Origin: Octopus vulgaris
Taxonomy: Eukaryota
Assembly (NCBI GenBank): GCA_951406725.2
Contig: OX597823.1
Coordinates: 29,388,001 to 29,452,000 of the forward strand
Direction: 5' to 3'
DNA length: 64,000 bases
The notes under the pieces are model-generated. The model saw only the letters and a list, made by a program, of their open reading frames with translations. It made no database searches and had not been told where the DNA came from. Below are positions 57,375 through 64,000 of the stretch, in pieces (position 1 is the first letter of the stretch; each line of letters opens with the position of its first letter). The position numbers and the translations under genes are program-made.

Positions 57375-57928
57375 TAATAATAAAAATTATTATTATACCT
57401 GCATTTGTTTTAATGTTAACATAGGAAAAATCCACATTTTTCATTAAAAAAATTAGGACCTGGGTTTGCACCCCCTTAGCAAATTTTGTTGCTGGGCCAC
57501 TGTCTCTGTATATAACAGAATGATTGAGGTAAGAACTCCCAAACAAGTTGTTTTGTCCGGCATTGTAAAGATTTGGAACTTGTTTACCATCGCCTTGTTT
57601 TATTCTAGTCTGTGGTATTCAATCCTTTAAGCTTTCTGCCCATCGACATTTTTTTTTCTGCATAGACCCTTTCTTTCTTTCCATGTAGTTCCATTCACTC
57701 TTGAAGTCTCAAGCCTTGTTAGGAATAGAAAAAAGAATTCGAATAAAACCTCTACGCTACATTAAAACATCACTCTGCATTACATTAGACAAAACTGCAC
57801 TTTACAAGCGTCACACAACACAGCGTCTAAACCCACCTGCACACTTACACATAGCACGAGATAATAATACGATGTTTAATTCGTTTTTTTACGAATTAGA
57901 AGAGATATGAAGCAAAGGCTGTTGTACA

Positions 57929-58010
57929 GTCGTCGTGGCCGAGTGGTTAAGGCGATGGACTAGAAATCCATTGGGGTCTCCCCGCATAGGTTCGAATCCT
58001 ATCGGCGACG
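57929..58010 (+). tRNA. tRNA-Ser(AGA)
   Basis: Identical to 31447-31528. Confidence 0.97.
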
Positions 58011-58323
58011 TTAATTTCTTTGATATTTTTTTTAACATATGTAACGTAATTTTATATTTTCCTCCACAAACTACAAAATTTGTGTAAGCCGTCATCTTGT
58101 TGAAAGAATTATTAACATATGTTTGTTTATAAAGAGTTCACATCTAAATAATGCTTCTGGCTTCACCATGTTGTTGGATATATTTAAAACTATTTTTAAT
58201 TTATTACACGAAATGATTTGTCTTCTTCTTTTCAATCCTCACAGGCCTACCACAGAGAATCTGGCCCGGCTAGCGACTAGTTTCTGTCCATTTGTAGATA
58301 TATGAAGCAGAAGCACTTGTCTT

Positions 58324-58405
58324 GTCATCGTGGCCATGTGGTTAAGGTGATGGTCTAGAAATCCCTCCGGGCCTTTTCGTGTAGATCCAAATCATGTCGA
58401 CGACA
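58324..58405 (+). pseudogene. Degenerate tRNA-Ser(AGA) copy
   Basis: GTCATCGTGGCC...CTAGAAATCC...CGACGAC; B box destroyed; proximal upstream motif present. Confidence 0.75.
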
Positions 58406-58727
58406 TGAATCTTGTAATTTTCTTAATGGATAATATTTTCTGATTCAGACACGTCAGCAGTTTTAAAACGAAGTGGTTAGTCAATGCCGTCAACTACAGG
58501 ACTTTATTGGTACTTTACTTTACCGATCCCGAAGGAATAAAAAACGAAAGTGATTTCACCTGGAATTGAATTCAGAACGTAAAACGCCTGCATAAATATC
58601 GCAAGACATGCTTCTTGCGCGCTCTATCAATTCTGCAAATCCTATTTGTCTTAATATAGTCATTACGCCATTCTTAGAGTTTCAATAATTTCTGGTATAT
58701 ATAAATGTATATATATATATATATATT

Positions 58728-59153
58728 TTTACTTCTTTTAGTCATTTAACTGCAGCCATGCTAGAGCACCGCCTTTAGCCGTATGGATCGACCCCAGAAT
58801 TTATTCTTTGTAAGCCTAGTACATATTCTATCGGTCTATTTTGCCGAACTGGTAAGTTACGGGAAGGTAAACACACCCACATCGGTTGTTAAGCGATGGT
58901 GGGGAGACAAACACAGACGCATAAACATATACATGTATATATGTATATGTGTGTATGTGTGTATGTGTGTGTGTGTGTGTGTGTATGTGAGAGAGAGAGA
59001 GAGTGTGTGTGTGTGTATAAATTTAAATGTTGAAGTGAACCTAACGGTTTTTGTATGTTTTTAAATGACCTATAAACACCTTCCACGCTGCAATTGTTTT
59101 CGTTCCAGCACACGATCTCAGATCAGGTCACTTGCCATGCAAGTATATCTCCG

Positions 59154-59226
<73 letters not shown>

Positions 59227-59325
59227 TATGTATCAAAAAGCTGCGTTATAATACTATTCCACAACCATAACAACAATCCAACACACCTCCATCATCAGCT
59301 GCTCCACGGATATCATTATACTTTC

Positions 59326-59372
<47 letters not shown>

Positions 59373-59530
59373 GGGCTTCTTTCAGTTTCCGTCTACCAAA
59401 TCCATTCACAAGGTTTTTGTCGCCCCGAAGCTACAGTAGAAGACACTTACCCAAGGTGCCCCGCAGTGGAACTGAACTCGGAACCATGCAGTTGTGAAGC
59501 AAGCTTCTTACCACACATCCACGCCTGCGT
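58728..59530 (-). mobile_element. SINE family A split by insertions in its central microsatellite
   Basis: Tail half ~58728-58925, head half ~59370-59530. Confidence 0.75.
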
Positions 59531-59636
59531 TGATAGAATAAGGAGTACAGTGGATTTCACAGACACAGCCCACAGTTTATGACTGTTACTCTTCTGCTGG
59601 ATAGAAACGACTGGCTCAGACGAGATTTGAACTTTC

Positions 59637-60945
59637 GGTACGATAATTCTTATTCACACGTTTTTGGCGGGTGCAATCGTCTTAGTTGATCTCGTAAACT
59701 GTCGGAAATGCGTTCTTTCCGCGGAAAACGGAGGGAGTAGGGGTGGGGCGTAACCTCGGAAATTCCCCTTTCCGACCACGTCTCTTGCGTCTTCTTTTGT
59801 TCTTGTTTCCGTTGCAATCGTCTTAATTGACCTCACAATGTGAGGGAAATGCATTTTCTCCGTGGAAAACGAAAGGGTCGGGTGGGGTGGGACGGAACCT
59901 AGGGCAGTCCTGTATATCTTCTGTCTCCGGATTTGTGCTGGAACCGATCCTTTACTGGCGATCTGGGAGGGGTGTATGTAATTTTGCTGTCTCAATAAAA
60001 AAAATGGTGCAGTATTTTTTTTTCTGTAGCAGAGATAAATAAATACCAGGCAAGGTGCTGGTGTAGATAGTTTGAACGAATACCCGGCCTTTTCACTCAT
60101 TCTTTTAAATCTCGCCAAAAACTTTTGTGTGTTTATGTGTGCATGTCTGATGTCAACAAAACTTTTCTTTATGGTTTATCATGTCATGTTGATAACCCAA
60201 TGTTTGTATATCTTTGTAAGCCGCCCAAGAATCACTTTACTGATAACTGAGTCAGGTTTGATGTATCTTTGAATTAGTGAAGGCAATATCGCTTTGTCAC
60301 ATTTCTGACCAGTGAGAGGAACAACAAAGCGACGTTTGCTAATCCGCTCGATTCCAGCAAACAACCAAACATAAACATTTTAGAGTAAAGATTGTTTGCC
60401 AACATGACATGGCAGTCCTGGTTTAGGACGAAAGTTACTGTAATTTAGCCCCAGGAAACATCTGTGTTGATGAAGGGAAATAACCCGAAAATCGCGATAC
60501 ACAGATATTGATTTGAGCTGAGTGTGACTGCTAGATTCCCTTGTTCGAAAATATAAAGACACAGATCGTGTCGTATAGTCAGCTGGAGACATCGTCTCCT
60601 GGGGCTAAATTGCAGCAACATTCGTCCTAAATCAGGACTGCCATGTTATGTTGGAAAGCAATCTTTACTCCAAAGTACTGTTGCTGAATATCTCACGTTG
60701 TGAGATTTACAAATAGTAATTTTAGGAACATTCTAATTAGAATATACAATCTGTAACTGCAACTAACTGATTATATGCAACGAAAAAAAAACCTGGGAGA
60801 TGGGAGTCGGAAAGAGGTATTTCCGAGGTTCGTCTCACCCCCACCCTCTCCATTTTCCGCGGAAAGAATGCATTTCCGACACCTTACGAAGTCAAGTAAG
60901 ACGAATGCATCCAAAAAGAACGCGAGAAAAAAATTATTTAGTACC
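59637..60945 (-). mobile_element. Merlin (IS1016/ISXO2-like) DNA transposon remnant with ~150-bp TIRs
   Basis: WLFAGIERISKRRFVVPL...ILPSLIQRYIKPDSVI; ~59637-59785 inverted at ~60798-60945; no TSD found. Confidence 0.7.
60379..60674. mobile_element. Foldback MITE (~80-bp arms) nested in the Merlin remnant
   Basis: GAGTAAAGATTG...TTTAGCCCCAGGA / TCCTGGGGCTAAA...CAATCTTTACTC. Confidence 0.75.
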
Positions 60946-61214
60946 ACAATTGAATCTGGTGTGAAACTGAATTTATCAAGGACTGTTGCTAAGGTTGTTT
61001 AGTCCGGCACAGTGAAGATTCTGCTCTCTGGTATCTTTGGGTTTCGTCCTCTGGTATCTTTGGGTTACGAATAACATTGAAAATACTACACAACAATAAA
61101 GTGTATCGCATGATACTACGGTTAAACACTAATTTACAATATACTGCATCTGCAAATCCATAAAAACATTATTCTTCATTATATTAGACAAAACTAAACA
61201 AAACATACGCCATA

Positions 61215-61381
61215 CAGGCACGGAAGTGGCTGTGTGGTAAGTAGCTTGCTTACCAACCACATGGTTCTGGGTTCAGTCCCAATGCGTGGCACCTTAGGCA
61301 AGTGTCTTTTACTATAGCCGCGAGCCGTCCAAAGCCTTGTGAGTGGATTTGGTAGATGGAAACTGAAAGAAGCCTGTCGCA

Positions 61382-61454
<73 letters not shown>

Positions 61455-61660
61455 ATGCTTGTGTGTCTGTGTTTGTCCCACCAATATCGCTTGACAACCG
61501 ATGCTGGTGTGTTTACGTTTCCGTGACATAGCGGTTCGGCAAGAGAGACTGATAGAACAAGTACTAGGCTTACAAAGAATAAGTCCTGGGATCGATTTGC
61601 TCGACTAAAGGCGGTGCTCCAGCATGGCCACAGTCAATTGACTGAAACAAATAAAAGAAG
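61215..61660 (+). mobile_element. SINE family A
   Basis: Full-length copy inside the tRNA upstream module. Confidence 0.85.
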
Positions 61661-61712
61661 ACTACGACACAAGCTCTAAACTTCTCCTGTATACTAATAT
61701 ATTACACTAGAT

Positions 61713-62692
61713 CAGTTCTACTTAAACTACCTGATGTGGCGAACTGGCAGGGTTTTTTTTTTCCAATGTGCCAGGGACCAGTAATATTTCTTATTAATAT
61801 TAATTTATACCGGAAACACTATATATATAATAAATATAATAAAAGTTGACAATTTTTGCTATCTTATATTGACATTCCTTCGATATAAGTCGACAAAATC
61901 AAAACATTTCACTTCGGGTATTTCCGTGGGTTGTGGAGTATAGATATAACAAAATTATGCCAGCAATGTCTCATTTTAAACTTGAAGAAAAAAAGCCTTG
62001 CATATTTGTTCTTATCTGTTTCATGTGTGTAGTTAAAATCCGCAAAATAGGCGCAGGAGTGGCTGTGTGGTAAGTAGCTTGCTAACCAGCCACATGGTTC
62101 CGGGTTCAGTCCCACTGCGTGGCATCTTGGGCAAGTGTCTTCTACTATAGCCCTGGGCCGACCAATGCCTTGTGAGTGGATTTGGTAGACGGAAACTGAA
62201 AGAAGCCTGTCGTATATATGTATATATATGTGTGTGTATGTGTTTGTGTGTGTGTGTTTGTCCCCCTAGCATTGCTTGACAACCGATGCTGGTGTGTTTA
62301 CGTCCCCGTCACTTAGCGGTTCGGCAAAACAGACCGATAGAATAAGTACTGGGCTTACAAAGAATAAGTCCTGGGGTCGATTTGCTCGACTAAAAGGTGG
62401 TGCCCTAGCATGGCCGCAGTCAACTGACTGAAACAAGTAAAAGAGTAAAAGAGAGAGTAAGAGTAAATATCCAAGCTGAAAACAGAATCGAATTGTCATT
62501 TGCTTCCATGGCAAATACCCGGAGTGAAAAGTTTTGATTTTGTCGAGTTATATCGAAGGAATGCCCTTATATTTATTTTGTAAACAATACAATATTACAT
62601 AAGCATTTTATAACGTTTTTTTTTTCTTTTCTTGAGGCTCGCCGCGGACCGGCAGCTGATGGTGTCCGCGAACACCACTTTGAGTAGCACTG
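61713..62692. mobile_element. hAT (Charlie-like) non-autonomous element containing SINE A (~62049-62462)
   Basis: TIRs CAGTTCTACTTAAA / CAGTGCTACTCAAA; TSD CACTAGAT / CTCTAGAT (7 of 8). Confidence 0.8.
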
Positions 62693-62758
62693 CTCTAGAT
62701 AATAATATGTTCTTTGTTTTATCTATTAGTAGAGATATAAAGCAGCTACCGATATGTA

Positions 62759-62840
62759 GTCGTCGTGGCCGAGTGGTTAAGGCGATGGACTAGAAATCCA
62801 TTGGGGTCTCCCCGCATAGGTTCGAATCCTATCGGCGACG
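62759..62840 (+). tRNA. tRNA-Ser(AGA)
   Basis: Identical to 31447-31528. Confidence 0.97.
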
Positions 62841-63118
62841 TATACTTTTTCTTTCTTTTTGCTCGTTAACAAAGCGTGATTTTATATTCTTCTGAATAAC
62901 TAAGAGTTTCAAATTTTGGCCCAAGGCCAGAAGCCGTACATTATCTCTGAAAACCAACGCTCCATATCAACTGTAGAGAAGAAGTACTGCCGAACAACAT
63001 CAAGAAACTCAAGAAAAAAAAAGGGGGCAAGATTACATCGCTGAAACTTCAAAGTAACTCTCTACCATTTCCTTCTAAAAGTTATATGCATGTACGTATG
63101 TATATATATATCTATATA

Positions 63119-63189
<71 letters not shown>

Positions 63190-63529
63190 TGGAAAAAAGT
63201 TGTTTTTTTTATTTAAACGTAATTAGTTCTATAAAGAACTGCAAACAAACAATGAATAAATTCTAATTGAAATATATAAAACTTGGAGCAGAGCTGTGCT
63301 TTTAATGTAAAAAGTATATGTAGTGAAGTTAAAAATAATATATGAATATAAATATTTTTCTTGGAAAAAAAAAAACATAACGGAAGAATTGATATTATGG
63401 AAGTTAACTATCGCAGTGTTTCGTCTTTGGCAAAATTGAAAGCTTTTATATGAAGCAAACCAAAAATGAAAGACGTATTTGGTTTTTTAGTATTTGATGT
63501 GAGTATATGTATTTGTGTGTGCGTGTGTA

Positions 63530-63561
<32 letters not shown>

Positions 63562-63594
63562 CGCACGCGTGTGTGTGTGTGTGTGTGTACATAT

Positions 63595-63872
63595 ATCACC
63601 TTGATCACCTTGACCGACCAGTCCGTCAGGCGTCCATTTGACACCGCTGGTCACAGCACGCTGTCCACTCCTCTCTGGATCGCACCTTTCTCATCCACGT
63701 GATCCCAATCGTCTTCCTGAAATCGTAACTCCACCGTCATGAAGGCCTTCCGGGTGGTCGTTTCCGCTCGCGCGGGTACCACTCGACAACTGCGCGGATC
63801 CACCGATTATCGGTGTGCCGGGCGACGTGTCCAGCGCATCTAAACTTGCTGCGTGTATACACTGCCATGACA
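63595..63872 (-). mobile_element. RTE-clade LINE 3' end
   Basis: KFRCAGHVARHTDNRW...WYPRERKRPPGRP; tandem tail (CAAGGTGAT)2. Confidence 0.85.
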
Positions 63873-64000
63873 TCCCTCACACACACATATATATATATAT
63901 ACATATGTATACATACACATATATACACACATATAAATATACATATATATATATATACATATGTACACATATACATATATATATATACATTCACATATCT

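Larger units (their letters stand above)
50823..57502. mobile_element. Non-autonomous hAT-like element (6680 bp) with nested cargo
   Basis: Perfect 8-bp TSD TCTCTGTA (50815-50822, 57503-57510); TIRs CAAGGGCCCGGTAACA / CAGTGGCCCAGCAACA; subterminal GGTGCA motifs. Confidence 0.85.

Overview
AT-rich, microsatellite-saturated eukaryotic DNA. The SINE repertoire looks like an octopus/coleoid cephalopod genome (inference from recalled repeat families, not a search). I see no convincing host protein-coding gene: nearly all listed ORFs are microsatellite translations or transposon debris. Positions 1-31 kb hold SINEs, LINE, Penelope and mariner fragments, and a 1.56-kb (TTA)n tract abutting an R4/Dong-type LINE 3' end. 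Positions 31.4-62.9 kb hold a co-oriented tRNA-Ser cluster (9 intact genes: 7 AGA, 2 TGA; 5 degenerate copies) sharing a conserved upstream module and heavily invaded by transposons. Most notable: (1) a full-length Tx1-type LINE flanked by a ~586-bp direct duplication that contains a whole tRNA gene, with its 5' end 6 bp from that tRNA; (2) several distinct hammerhead-ribozyme motifs in Penelope-like repeats, one in a tRNA-headed SINE-like element; (3) a 6.7-kb hAT-bounded container with a perfect 8-bp TSD. All coordinates and alignments were read by eye, so repeat boundaries are approximate.
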